A stretch of 64,000 nucleotides of DNA from a virus. Lineage: Duplodnaviria > Heunggongvirae > Uroviricota > Caudoviricetes. This document shows, in pieces, positions 1 through 8,608 of this stretch. Every line of letters starts with the position of its first letter. Within the stretch, counting starts at the first letter, position 1. Both the position numbers and the translations under genes were made by a program. The notes under the pieces are model-generated. The model saw nothing but the letters and a program-made list of their open reading frames with translations. It made no database searches and was not told where the DNA came from. Location: the IMG/VR virus record IMGVR_UViG_3300039452_000031; one strand, written 5' to 3'.

Positions 1-201
1 AACAACTTGAATACCCAAGGGCGCCTTACGCATGAGGCATATTCCACTCTGTACTCGTCTGCACTTCAGGTTCTCATGAAGGCCCCGACGATCAACGGCA
101 AGGGATGGCAGCATACTCATCGTCACTTGGCTGGGCAGGTCCAAGACCTCAGGGAACAAATGAAGTCCTGGACCGGGCCAGAGATTACGATGATGCTCTA
201 A
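1..201 (+). CDS. hypothetical protein, C-terminal fragment (gene begins upstream of window)
   Basis: Frame-1 ORF is open from position 1 to the TGA at 199-201. Confidence 0.3.
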   Translation, partial: NNLNTQGRLTHEAYSTLYSSALQVLMKAPTINGKGWQHTHRHLAGQVQDLREQMKSWTGPEITMML

Positions 202-234
202 GTCCTATATCTTCTACCTCAACACTCTCCACCT

Positions 235-250
235 AACCTAGAAAGGTTCC
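235..250 (+). promoter_or_regulatory. hairpin-embedded extended Shine-Dalgarno (AACCTAGAAAGGTTCC) 4 nt before ATG 254
   Basis: AACCT/AGGTT inverted repeat around AGAAAGG. An identical 16-mer sits at 1739..1754. Confidence 0.35.
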
Positions 251-253
251 ATC

Positions 254-763
254 ATGGGCATCCGTAAACAAGCCATCCGTCTCGCCGAGGTCATCAATTC
301 CACTGTGACCCGAGAACACTATCGCCGTGTTGTTACCATCGACCGCTCGTGGTTCGTCACCAATATTTGTGGCTACCTTCTCACGGTGAACTCGAAGCTC
401 TTCGAGCTGCCTAGAACACTGAAGTTCGAAGTTCGCCAGCTTAAGCGTAACAAGTTCGCGGTGGGTATTCAGGGTGACCGTATTCCCTATCAGGTCACCT
501 TGAGTATGACTGACGACGAAGAGACTCCTTGGCAGGTCAAGGTGTACCAACGCTATCCTGCGAATGGTGAAAGGGCTAAAACCTATAAGTTGGCTGACCT
601 TTGGTCAGACTTTACGAACGTCAAGGATGCCTTCGCACACGCGGTCATGATGCTTGCGTGGCTCAAATGGTCTGATAGTGAAGACGAGTTGTCCAAAGAC
701 GATCTTATCAAGGATCCGAATATCACGGCACTCTTCGTCACCAACGGCGGCCAACTCAACTAA
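254..763 (+). CDS. hypothetical protein
   Basis: 169-aa ORF with ATG start preceded by the AGAAAGG SD motif. Confidence 0.5.
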   Translation: MGIRKQAIRLAEVINSTVTREHYRRVVTIDRSWFVTNICGYLLTVNSKLFELPRTLKFEVRQLKRNKFAVGIQGDRIPYQVTLSMTDDEETPWQVKVYQRYPANGERAKTYKLADLWSDFTNVKDAFAHAVMMLAWLKWSDSEDELSKDDLIKDPNITALFVTNGGQLN

Positions 764-785
764 GAACCCATACACAGGAACGTAA

Positions 786-1364
786 ATGAACAAGTTGGAA
801 GTCAAGGCCACTAAACTGGTGCGTGTTCCTAAGGCAGCCCTGCAGACCGAGCTTCAAGTCCTTCCCGTGGTCTTCGCCGAGGAGGCCAGGGAATGCGTCT
901 TTGAGTTCAGAGCCTGGAAGGAGGTAGGGGCCAAGCGTTCGCCCTCCATTCCGACCAGCATGTTCACTGTCAACGTTGTGGGTCAGCGTCATCATGCGCT
1001 GCTGATCGAATACCGTTCCCCGCAACATTGCCTGGACGGCGACAAGTGTTGGCGTGTCGATCATTTGCTGGCTGTGCACGGACGCCCTACGGAAGGCATC
1101 GCGCACGTCTTTCGGCGCCCTATCATCAATTTCTCGTCCGGCCCCTGCTACAAGACGGCTGAAGAATGTTGGAAGGCAGGCTTCATCAATCTCTATCTGG
1201 AGTTCATGTTCGAAAAGACACAACGGGCTCTCAAGGGTTACCTGCTTGGCAAGGAAATCTATCCGCATCTGTGCACCGAAGTGTGGCCGAACGATGTCCA
1301 GAACGCCAAGCTTCGCGCCGTCCTCTTTAATGACGCCCGAGTCATTAACACCCCTACTCTCTAA
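786..1364 (+). CDS. hypothetical protein
   Basis: 192-aa ORF with GGAACG-type RBS, following the previous gene closely. Confidence 0.5.
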   Translation: MNKLEVKATKLVRVPKAALQTELQVLPVVFAEEARECVFEFRAWKEVGAKRSPSIPTSMFTVNVVGQRHHALLIEYRSPQHCLDGDKCWRVDHLLAVHGRPTEGIAHVFRRPIINFSSGPCYKTAEECWKAGFINLYLEFMFEKTQRALKGYLLGKEIYPHLCTEVWPNDVQNAKLRAVLFNDARVINTPTL

Positions 1365-1381
1365 ACTACAAAAGGAACTTC

Positions 1382-1714
1382 ATGCAAAAGAATCAAGGCT
1401 TCGACTCTCAGGATCTGGAGCACACTATCTCTTGGGTTCGTCGTCGAGGCGACGGAGGTTTCTACACAGTGCTGATCTTCACGCTGCTGGTCCTCCTGAT
1501 GGTCATGTACGCTGAATCGGTTACGGTTATCGAGAAGCCGTACCTTGACTGGTACGCGAAGGTCAAGATCGAATGCCTTCGTGAAGGCGGGGAAGTCGTC
1601 ATGGACAATCCTCACTTCTGGGCCCCTCGGCCTAAGGCCTACTGCCAAGTTGGAGGCCTCTCGATCCCCTTCGCCTACTTCGCTCCTGCCCCTGCGTCTG
1701 ACGTTGGGCACTGA
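1382..1714 (+). CDS. hypothetical membrane protein
   Basis: 110-aa ORF with hydrophobic segment FYTVLIFTLLVLLMVMYA and RBS AAAGGAAC. Confidence 0.45.
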   Translation: MQKNQGFDSQDLEHTISWVRRRGDGGFYTVLIFTLLVLLMVMYAESVTVIEKPYLDWYAKVKIECLREGGEVVMDNPHFWAPRPKAYCQVGGLSIPFAYFAPAPASDVGH

Positions 1715-1738
1715 CTCTTTCCCCTCCGTCCGTCAATT

Positions 1739-1754
1739 AACCTAGAAAGGTTCC
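1739..1754 (+). promoter_or_regulatory. hairpin-embedded extended Shine-Dalgarno (AACCTAGAAAGGTTCC) before GTG 1757
   Basis: 16/16 identical to 235..250. Confidence 0.35.
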
Positions 1755-1756
1755 TC

Positions 1757-2260
1757 GTGAAACACTACCGCAAAGAAGCTGTCCTCATGGCCTTCAAGAT
1801 GGCCAAACTCAAGTCCATCGTGGTCCCCGTCAAGAGCCGCATAAACCGTCGCAACTACATCAATCTCGACTACTCCATATCCTTGGAGTTCCGAGCCTTG
1901 GAGGACGGCAGTTACGTCGTGAACGTTGATGGGTACCGAAACGTGGCGCTCCACATTCATCGAAGCCTTGATTACTGGCGGGCGGATACACTTCTGTGGC
2001 ACTCATCCAAGGCATGGCTTGGTGTCGAGGAAGTTGAAGAACGTTATGCTAATGAGCAGGCTCAATCCGCTGAAGAGGCCTACGCGTCCAACGTTCATTG
2101 GCTTCTGCACTCTGCACTGTTCGACGCTGCCCAGGCTGACCTGGAGAGCTATCTGTCGTTGCCTGTGAACGACACGGACGACACGTGGTCTGGCATTACG
2201 TGGTCGCGAACTAAAGAGCCACTTCACTTGGCGATGATGGTCGATGCCAAGGACCTGTGA
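1757..2260 (+). CDS. hypothetical protein (GTG start)
   Basis: 167-aa ORF. GTG start sits at the same spacing from the AGAAAGG motif as ATG 254. Confidence 0.45.
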   Translation: MKHYRKEAVLMAFKMAKLKSIVVPVKSRINRRNYINLDYSISLEFRALEDGSYVVNVDGYRNVALHIHRSLDYWRADTLLWHSSKAWLGVEEVEERYANEQAQSAEEAYASNVHWLLHSALFDAAQADLESYLSLPVNDTDDTWSGITWSRTKEPLHLAMMVDAKDL

Positions 2261-2278
2261 CGACCGTTATAGTAGACC

Positions 2279-2653
2279 ATGACCTATTTCTCGATCAAAC
2301 CGGCCAAGAGCAAGAAGCGTAAGCCTACGGCTAGGGAACGAGAACTGGCCAAGGCGTGGGAGAAGATCAAGGCCTCCCACACCAAGCTCCTAGAGAAGGG
2401 TGCGAAGGCCAACGGGCTGAAGCAAAAGCCCAAGGTAGTGGAGAAGGTGTTGATCAACACTAAGCCCGAAATACCACCGCTTTCCCTGAAGTCCTTCGGC
2501 ACGGCTACAAAGCCTGTGATCGATCCCTTAGCAGGAGCCAAACGTGAGCTTGCCCCTCGCGTTGGCCCTCTGTATAACAAATCGGGCTTGCACTATCTCT
2601 CTGATGTGGAGCTGGCCGACCAGAAGAAGGGCACTCACCGCCGTCGCTCCTAA
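2279..2653 (+). CDS. hypothetical basic (Lys/Arg-rich) protein
   Basis: 124-aa ORF with KSKKRKPTARER N-terminus. Confidence 0.4.
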   Translation: MTYFSIKPAKSKKRKPTARERELAKAWEKIKASHTKLLEKGAKANGLKQKPKVVEKVLINTKPEIPPLSLKSFGTATKPVIDPLAGAKRELAPRVGPLYNKSGLHYLSDVELADQKKGTHRRRS

Positions 2654-2675
2654 CCCTCCTTAGAAAAGGAAGAAA

Positions 2676-3161
2676 ATGAAGACCGCTCAACAAATAGCCG
2701 CCGAAATCAAAGCCCTGCCCAAGTACCCTATGGTACAGGAGCTTCAACAAACGTTCATGTCCCTATCCCTGTTCGAAGCCGCTTACAAGACAGGTGACGC
2801 CTCGGCTGTGAGCTTGGGCCACAACATGCTAGAGATGGACCCCATCTGTCAAATCTTGGTTGGCCGCCTGAAGCCCGTCTTGCCCGACGAATGGATGCCC
2901 AACCCGGCGCCCATTATTCTCGTGTCTGCCTTATCTAAAGGTTCGCCGGGAACGGCTATTCTCTACCTGACGGTTCTCTTCGACTTGGCTCTGAAGCTGA
3001 AGGCCAAGGCCACGATCACCGATTTGGTGGCCACGTACTTCTCCCTGGGCTTCCCGAGTGAGGCCGGCCTGTCCAACGTCTGGCAGGGTCAGAAGTGCGA
3101 CGACACGCCTTCCAACTCTGTGGATCGCGAAGAGGCGTGGATCACTGAGGTAAGTGCATGA
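2676..3161 (+). CDS. hypothetical protein
   Basis: 161-aa ORF with RBS AAAGGAAGAAA before ATG. Confidence 0.45.
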   Translation: MKTAQQIAAEIKALPKYPMVQELQQTFMSLSLFEAAYKTGDASAVSLGHNMLEMDPICQILVGRLKPVLPDEWMPNPAPIILVSALSKGSPGTAILYLTVLFDLALKLKAKATITDLVATYFSLGFPSEAGLSNVWQGQKCDDTPSNSVDREEAWITEVSA

Positions 3162-3484
3162 AGACCTGCTACATAACCCGCCTCGGTGACGCTGACTGCG
3201 CTATCGCAGACCTCACGGGCTACTACAACGATGTAACAGGTGAGTGTTTAGGTCAATTGATTACCCGCATCAACGTGCCGAAGAGGGGCCCTTATCGTGG
3301 CCAAGGTATCGGGACTCAGCTTCTGAAGCGCATTCTGGCTGACGCTGACCAAGAGCAGGTCACTCTCTTCCTTGAAGTCGTGCCTTCCGATGGTCTGGAC
3401 GTCGAGGCCCTAAGTGCCTGGTACGCACGTCATGGCTTCCTCCCGTGGAAGGGTCAAGACTTCCGCATTCGTTATCCCAAATAG
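3158..3484 (+). CDS. GNAT-family N-acetyltransferase (putative)
   Basis: Motif-A-like YRGQGIGTQLLKRIL, and a C-terminal ARHGF motif-B-like. Confidence 0.55.
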   Translation: MKTCYITRLGDADCAIADLTGYYNDVTGECLGQLITRINVPKRGPYRGQGIGTQLLKRILADADQEQVTLFLEVVPSDGLDVEALSAWYARHGFLPWKGQDFRIRYPK

Positions 3485-3493
3485 GACCTGAAC

Positions 3494-4603
3494 ATGAAAT
3501 ACTACATTCTCACCTCACCCAAGGGCAACCTGTCCACAACCCTTATTCAGGTTAGGGCCTGGAACGATTTTCGGGTCCTCACTATTCGTGGCCACGACCT
3601 TCTGGATAACAATACCCAGCAGGCTGTGACGTTGGACTCCTTAGACCCGATCTGGATGAACACGCTAAAGGTTAAAACCGAAGATCGTTTCACTTTACCC
3701 ACGGAACTCCAAACCTGGCCGCTGGTGAAGGCCCCCAAGCAGCGGATCAAGGACATTCAGGCTCGCATTCGCGCCGGTCGAGGGCCTAAGCCGTTGCCTC
3801 TTCCAGAGGACTATCGTTCGCCAACTTCCAAGAACAATGAGAATTACGAAATGATTCTCTCTGAGGTTGGCATAGCGTATCGCGTGCGTGCCCTCAGGGA
3901 TTTTGAGGTCAAAGGTATTCGTGTCTCGGCCGGTGAAGTTGGCGGTCGACTTGAAACTGAGTCGTCGCTTGACTATGAGTCAAACTGCTGGATCGATAAA
4001 AGCAGTTATGTACCCCGCAGCGCGCACATTAGCGGCAACTCTGTGCTACTCCACTCCCAAATTCATGAAGGCAATGAAGGCAACGTCCTGGTCAACATGT
4101 CCAAGTTGAAACGCACCTACCTTGAAGGCGCAGCTGAGATCGTGGAGTCCACGATCACTAACTCGGAGTTGCGGAATGTCGAGGTGCGTAATTCTACCCT
4201 CACTGGAGTTCTAAACAAGGGTTTTACACCGACTGATCTGTCAAGTATCATATATTCAACATTGACGTCCATAGCGTTTACGGGCGACGCCTCCTTTCAC
4301 AACGTGCGGATATCCAACTACGATGAACACTTTCAGATGACGAACCCAAACTTGGACGGTGGTGATGCTGATTACCTAGTCGCAGGGCCACTAGGTAGGG
4401 ATGATGACCTAATGCTGGTCTACCGAAGCAAGGGCAGCGATTATCGGATCTCCACAGGATGCTTTCACGGGACTCTGAAGGAATTCGACGAGGCTTCAAA
4501 GCGTGCTCACTCTGCGCCCCACAAAGAGCATCACCGCAAGGCCTACATGCCCATTCTGCGGGCCGCCATAGCGTACCTCAAGGCCAAGCGCAAGCTGGTC
4601 TAA
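3494..4603 (+). CDS. hypothetical protein
   Basis: 369-aa ORF with no recognised motif. Confidence 0.5.
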   Translation: MKYYILTSPKGNLSTTLIQVRAWNDFRVLTIRGHDLLDNNTQQAVTLDSLDPIWMNTLKVKTEDRFTLPTELQTWPLVKAPKQRIKDIQARIRAGRGPKPLPLPEDYRSPTSKNNENYEMILSEVGIAYRVRALRDFEVKGIRVSAGEVGGRLETESSLDYESNCWIDKSSYVPRSAHISGNSVLLHSQIHEGNEGNVLVNMSKLKRTYLEGAAEIVESTITNSELRNVEVRNSTLTGVLNKGFTPTDLSSIIYSTLTSIAFTGDASFHNVRISNYDEHFQMTNPNLDGGDADYLVAGPLGRDDDLMLVYRSKGSDYRISTGCFHGTLKEFDEASKRAHSAPHKEHHRKAYMPILRAAIAYLKAKRKLV

Positions 4604-4615
4604 AAGTAGCGAAAA

Positions 4616-4652
4616 AGCGTCAAAAATGTGAAAAATGCTCATTTTTGACGCT
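4616..4652. promoter_or_regulatory. 13-bp-arm palindrome AGCGTCAAAAATG(N11)CATTTTTGACGCT (operator or terminator-like)
   Basis: Perfect inverted repeat directly after the stop at 4603, with no U-tail. Confidence 0.4.
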
Positions 4653-4664
4653 CTAAGGCGTTGA

Positions 4665-4708
4665 TTTTGACAATTTTTGACGGATTTTGGTGACTTTTGT
4701 GCTATACT
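4665..4708 (+). promoter_or_regulatory. host-type promoter: phased TTTTG tracts plus extended -10 TGcTATACT
   Basis: TTTTG at 4665, 4675, 4685 and 4695 (10-bp phasing). TG at 4700-01 and TATACT at 4703-08. AGGAG RBS at 4732-36. Confidence 0.45.
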
Positions 4709-4742
4709 GGAGCTGCAAAGACACGCAACCTAGGAGAAGAGC

Positions 4743-5024
4743 ATGAACATCAACGCTAAGACTACCAACGTCGCTCGCATCATTGAGCTTCTGAACGGAC
4801 CTGACTACTACAGTGGTCCCTTCTCAGTTGTGGAAAAGGTATCGACCTTGGCCGACTTTAAGGCCGTGCTGGCTGGTCTGGACCTTATCGAGCGCGCCTA
4901 CGACTTGTTCGAGGAACTGACCTCAGAATCGGTCCGTGACGAGGTCTACGCACTGTCGGCGAACTCAGGCTCCCCTGAGCCTTTCCGGGCTGCTATGGAA
5001 ATCCTCGGCTACCCCAACTACTGA
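4743..5024 (+). CDS. hypothetical protein
   Basis: 93-aa ORF with AGGAG RBS 6 nt upstream. Confidence 0.55.
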   Translation: MNINAKTTNVARIIELLNGPDYYSGPFSVVEKVSTLADFKAVLAGLDLIERAYDLFEELTSESVRDEVYALSANSGSPEPFRAAMEILGYPNY

Positions 5025-5036
5025 AAAGGAAACATC

Positions 5037-5492
5037 ATGAAGGACGTGGTTCTCGATCACTCTCGTCTCACTCTCTCCCAGCGCCGCCGTGGGTTTCTGG
5101 CCCGCAAGAATCAGCTCGGTCAGGGGTATGTATACCCTGAGCACTGGGAGCTTCGGTACACCGTACCTTGCCCTTCCGACAAGCATTTGCCCATCAGCTA
5201 CTTCATTACCGTTCGCCGCTTTCACCGTGGCGACGACGTGGGCCTGAACGATTACCGCTTCTTCGTATCCCGAGAGGACTCGGACAGTACCAAAGAGTTG
5301 GTGACCAGAGCGGTGTTCGACCGCTACGTGAACAACATCCGTGATAACGAAGGTGACGAGGTGGCCATGAAGTGGGTAGCCGAGCAGGATCAAATCGAGG
5401 TCATGCGCAATGCTGAAATGGCGATCTTCAACGGCTTGGCGGCCCGCTTCGAGGCCACCTGCCAACTTATCAACCTTGCCTTCACTTTCTGA
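5037..5492 (+). CDS. hypothetical protein
   Basis: 151-aa ORF with RBS AAAGGAAAC. Confidence 0.5.
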   Translation: MKDVVLDHSRLTLSQRRRGFLARKNQLGQGYVYPEHWELRYTVPCPSDKHLPISYFITVRRFHRGDDVGLNDYRFFVSREDSDSTKELVTRAVFDRYVNNIRDNEGDEVAMKWVAEQDQIEVMRNAEMAIFNGLAARFEATCQLINLAFTF

Positions 5493-5494
5493 TC

Positions 5495-5755
5495 ATGAAA
5501 CTCATCTATCTCTTCGTCTTCATCGCCATCTGGGTCGGCCTCGTGGCCTCCACCATCAGCATCCTGTGGATTTGCTATACCACTATGTGGGAACGTGAGC
5601 GCTGGTGGGATCAACTCAAGCACGCCTGCATCTTCTGTGGGCCTTGCCCTCCTGGGCGCTTATGCGACTCTCTACCCCTTACTTTGCGGAAGGGCACCCG
5701 TGGGAGGGCGCCAAGTTTGGCCTCTATGAATGGGCGACACACCGCACGTCGCTGA
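5495..5755 (+). CDS. hypothetical membrane protein
   Basis: 86-aa ORF; N-terminal TM LIYLFVFIAIWVGLVASTISILWI; TGATCATG coupling to the upstream gene. Confidence 0.4.
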   Translation: MKLIYLFVFIAIWVGLVASTISILWICYTTMWERERWWDQLKHACIFCGPCPPGRLCDSLPLTLRKGTRGRAPSLASMNGRHTARR

Positions 5756-5839
5756 CCGCGCATTTCGACACCGCCATGTGGTTTTGTGCATTCAGCGTCA
5801 CGCTGATCCTGACCCGTATCATCTTCTCCCTCTGAAGGA

Positions 5840-6262
5840 ATGACCATGCGATTCAGCGGCGCGGAAATCAAATGCTCTTTGGCGACCATGAACAGGGTTA
5901 TGGCCCTGACTCGCAACCCGGACGGTCCACCTTGGAGGCCCCTTGGGCCTTTCAAGGAAGTGGAAAGTGTGTGGCTCGCCCGATCTGGTGCGAAGCTGCT
6001 TCGCGTAGGCGAGTCTCAATGGCGTGTGAGCGGCTACGACGCCTCTAGGTGGTGGAAGAACAACCTGCGCCGAGATGAGGTTGCGGCTGTTGATGAGCTT
6101 AAGGCTGCCTATCACGTCTATCGTGCTATTGAACACCTCAAGTACGTGGACGCCACTCTCATGACCTCCTATGAATCCAAGATCAACTGGAAAGGGCTGT
6201 GGGGCGTCTACAACGATGGCACTGTCACGCCCGCAGAGGCCACGCTTACTCGAAGGGGCTGA
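5840..6262 (+). CDS. hypothetical protein
   Basis: 140-aa ORF with RBS GAAGG. Confidence 0.45.
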   Translation: MTMRFSGAEIKCSLATMNRVMALTRNPDGPPWRPLGPFKEVESVWLARSGAKLLRVGESQWRVSGYDASRWWKNNLRRDEVAAVDELKAAYHVYRAIEHLKYVDATLMTSYESKINWKGLWGVYNDGTVTPAEATLTRRG

Positions 6263-6264
6263 GA

Positions 6265-8115
6265 ATGAAACTCTCCACCATGTCTCTGGCCGAGAAGAAG
6301 GCCCTGTACTTGAAAGCCAAGAAGGCTTACTACCTGAGCGAGCCTTTGATGCCCGACTCGGCCTTTGATAAGTTGGAGGACTCGATCATTGCCGCCGATC
6401 CTGACTGGAAGCATCTGGCGAAGACTGGGGTGAAGGTGAAGAATGAGGTACCCCTCTTCGAATTCATGCCTTCCCTGGCCAAGGCCTACCCGCATCAAGC
6501 TGATTCGTGGCTGAAGAACAATCCTTCCCACGAGGGATATCTGGTTATGGACAAGTTGGACGGTACGAGCCTCCAACTTCGCATTGAAGGCGGCAAGGCT
6601 GTGAGTCTTCTGACTCGCGGTGATGGTGAGAACGGCAAGGACGTGACGCACCTCCTCAAGTCGACCACACTGCCCAAGTCGGGCGCGACTCTGAAGAACG
6701 CCACCGTTCGCTGCGAAGCTTTGTTCACCAAAAAGGGCTTCAAGAAGTGGGCGGAGGACTTCGACAACGCTCGAAACGGCGTCAACGGGGTCTTCAATCG
6801 CAAGACTGCCCACGCATGCCTTAAGGACGTCCACATCGTGGCTCTAGGGACCTACGGTTCGGCGCTGCTCACCTCACTCGGCTATGCCGAGCAGTGGGGC
6901 TTGGAAGTTGTGCCCCATAAGGTCTTCAAGACCTTGGATAGCCAGAAACTTACCGACTACCTGGAGGAACGCAAGCGTCTCTCTCCCTACGAGATTGACG
7001 GTCTGGTCATCGCTCCTGTGAGGTTCGCTATGAAGTACAATAACAGCGACAAGCCGAAGGGCATCACAGCCTTCAAGGTCAACAGCGACGATGATGCAGT
7101 TCAAGCGGAAGTCCTGAAGATCATCTATCAGGTGACGGGACGCAGGCGCATCATTCCCAAGATTCTGATCAAGCCTGTTCAGATTGGCGGCGTTGTGGTC
7201 AAGCACGCTACGGTCCACAACGGTCAGTGGATGATTGATCGTCATGTTGGTCCCGGGGCAGTCGTCAAGCTGGTACGTTCCGGTGGTGTAATTCCCAAGA
7301 TTGATGACGTGGTCAAAAAGGGCAAGCTTCAGATGCCGGACATCACCTACAAGATGGAAGGCGTTCACTTTGTGACTGCTAAGGAATCGAGGGCCACCTC
7401 AGATCGAGTGGACGTCCTGAACATTGTGAAGTTTATGAAGACCTTTGGTATTGAGCACGTTGCGGCTCCCACGGCAACCAAGCTTCAGAGCAAGCTGCCC
7501 ACGCCGCTGGCCTATGTTAAGGCCTGGAAGGAGGACAAGCTTCGAAATACCATCACAAGCCTAGGCTTCGGCTACGGTCAGGCCAAGAGGATCAACGATG
7601 AATTCGACCGCGTCTTTTCCCAGAAGGTTAAGGTGCGGACTCTCATGGTAGCCCTTCAGGTCTTTGACGCTGGTATCGGGGACCGCAAACTGAAAGCCAT
7701 CGAAGACCATCCGATTCGTCTCGGCACCTTGCTGAAAACCCGCAAGCTTCGAGAGCTACTTCAAGCTGTTCGAGGCTTCTCAGATAGGAGCATAGACCTG
7801 ATCGAGTCAGGGCTGGACAAGTGGGCAGAGGCCTTCACTAGCTTTAGTGAGTTCCTGACAATCGATGACTCCCTGCCTCAGGCCAACAAAAAGCCTTTGG
7901 TAAAGGGTAAGCTTACCGGCCAATGCGTCTCGTGGACGGGTTATCGTTCGAAAGACGAGGAGACCGCTGTAGAGGCAGCAGGTGGGCTAGTCGTTCCTTT
8001 TGGTAGCAAAACCACATTGCTGCTGTTCAAAGCCGATGGCAAAGCCTCTACAAAGGTCGCCAAGGCGGAAGCCAAGGGTGTCAAAGTCACGGCCTTTTCG
8101 AAACTCAAACTCTAA
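6265..8115 (+). CDS. DNA ligase, NAD-dependent type (LigA-like) with C-terminal BRCT-like region
   Basis: N-terminus KKALYLKAKKAYYLSEPLMPDSAFDKLEDSI resembles LigA domain Ia. KxDG adenylation motif in MDKLDGTSLQL. C-terminus is BRCT-like. Start moved to ATG 6265, three nt after the upstream stop. Confidence 0.7.
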   Translation: MKLSTMSLAEKKALYLKAKKAYYLSEPLMPDSAFDKLEDSIIAADPDWKHLAKTGVKVKNEVPLFEFMPSLAKAYPHQADSWLKNNPSHEGYLVMDKLDGTSLQLRIEGGKAVSLLTRGDGENGKDVTHLLKSTTLPKSGATLKNATVRCEALFTKKGFKKWAEDFDNARNGVNGVFNRKTAHACLKDVHIVALGTYGSALLTSLGYAEQWGLEVVPHKVFKTLDSQKLTDYLEERKRLSPYEIDGLVIAPVRFAMKYNNSDKPKGITAFKVNSDDDAVQAEVLKIIYQVTGRRRIIPKILIKPVQIGGVVVKHATVHNGQWMIDRHVGPGAVVKLVRSGGVIPKIDDVVKKGKLQMPDITYKMEGVHFVTAKESRATSDRVDVLNIVKFMKTFGIEHVAAPTATKLQSKLPTPLAYVKAWKEDKLRNTITSLGFGYGQAKRINDEFDRVFSQKVKVRTLMVALQVFDAGIGDRKLKAIEDHPIRLGTLLKTRKLRELLQAVRGFSDRSIDLIESGLDKWAEAFTSFSEFLTIDDSLPQANKKPLVKGKLTGQCVSWTGYRSKDEETAVEAAGGLVVPFGSKTTLLLFKADGKASTKVAKAEAKGVKVTAFSKLKL

Positions 8116-8125
8116 GGAGTAGGAA

Positions 8126-8608
8126 ATGGAAATTCAAGCACGACAACGGCTTCTGGCCATGTCGATATCCAAGGCCGTCGCAGAGGATCGTGTTGTGTCC
8201 TATACAACTCCCTTGGTGGAGCACATCGTTAAAGTCTTGGCCGTTGATTCGCCTTCACGTGAGCACTGGATTGAAGAGATTCAGAACTTTCTGAAGAAGA
8301 TTTTCAGCGCCGCATCAAATGTGAAGACCAAATCCGGGCTGCTGTCCGACAAATTCCTGATCGAACATTGGGAATCAATCGCAGAGCTGGTAGCCCAAGA
8401 CTGCGAAAGCGAGTTAAATCTGGCTTCGCTTCAACGAGGCTACGGCGTTGGCCTTCTTAGCATTCCCTCAAACCTGGAATCGAGGCTAAAGGCCTTGACC
8501 TCAACTTTCTACGAGCTGGTTGTTCAGGTCCATCAACGTAAGACGACTGATCGTCAAGCAGCACGCGACTTTTCCAAAATCTTGTTCGATAGTCTAGGAG
8601 ATGAATAA
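8126..8608 (+). CDS. hypothetical protein
   Basis: 160-aa ORF with RBS AGGAG. Confidence 0.45.
   Translation: MEIQARQRLLAMSISKAVAEDRVVSYTTPLVEHIVKVLAVDSPSREHWIEEIQNFLKKIFSAASNVKTKSGLLSDKFLIEHWESIAELVAQDCESELNLASLQRGYGVGLLSIPSNLESRLKALTSTFYELVVQVHQRKTTDRQAARDFSKILFDSLGDE

Noticed and set aside
235-250. AGAAAGG motif family as a promoter
   Set aside because: Its position is fixed 7-9 nt before start codons, and it is complementary to a CCUUUCU-type 16S 3' end. It is therefore an extended Shine-Dalgarno. Only the 16-mer identity and hairpin are noted as a finding.
233-550. 105-aa - strand ORF and other 60-200-aa - strand ORFs throughout the window
   Set aside because: Each overlaps a better-supported + strand gene. 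None has an RBS or a recognisable motif. They are expected at about 56% GC.
4677-4708. Canonical -35 for the 4703 promoter
   Set aside because: TTGACG at 4677 gives a 20-bp spacer and ACGGAT at 17 bp is poor. It is interpreted instead as an extended -10 (TGn) promoter with an upstream A/T-tract, UP-like element.
6199-6264. ORF-track start 6199 for the ligase
   Set aside because: It overlaps the upstream gene by 64 nt. ATG 6265 follows the upstream stop by 3 nt, and the ligase Ia-like sequence begins there.
8126-8608. Archease (RtcB partner) upstream of rtcB
   Set aside because: The 160-aa product lacks archease hallmark motifs. Left as hypothetical.
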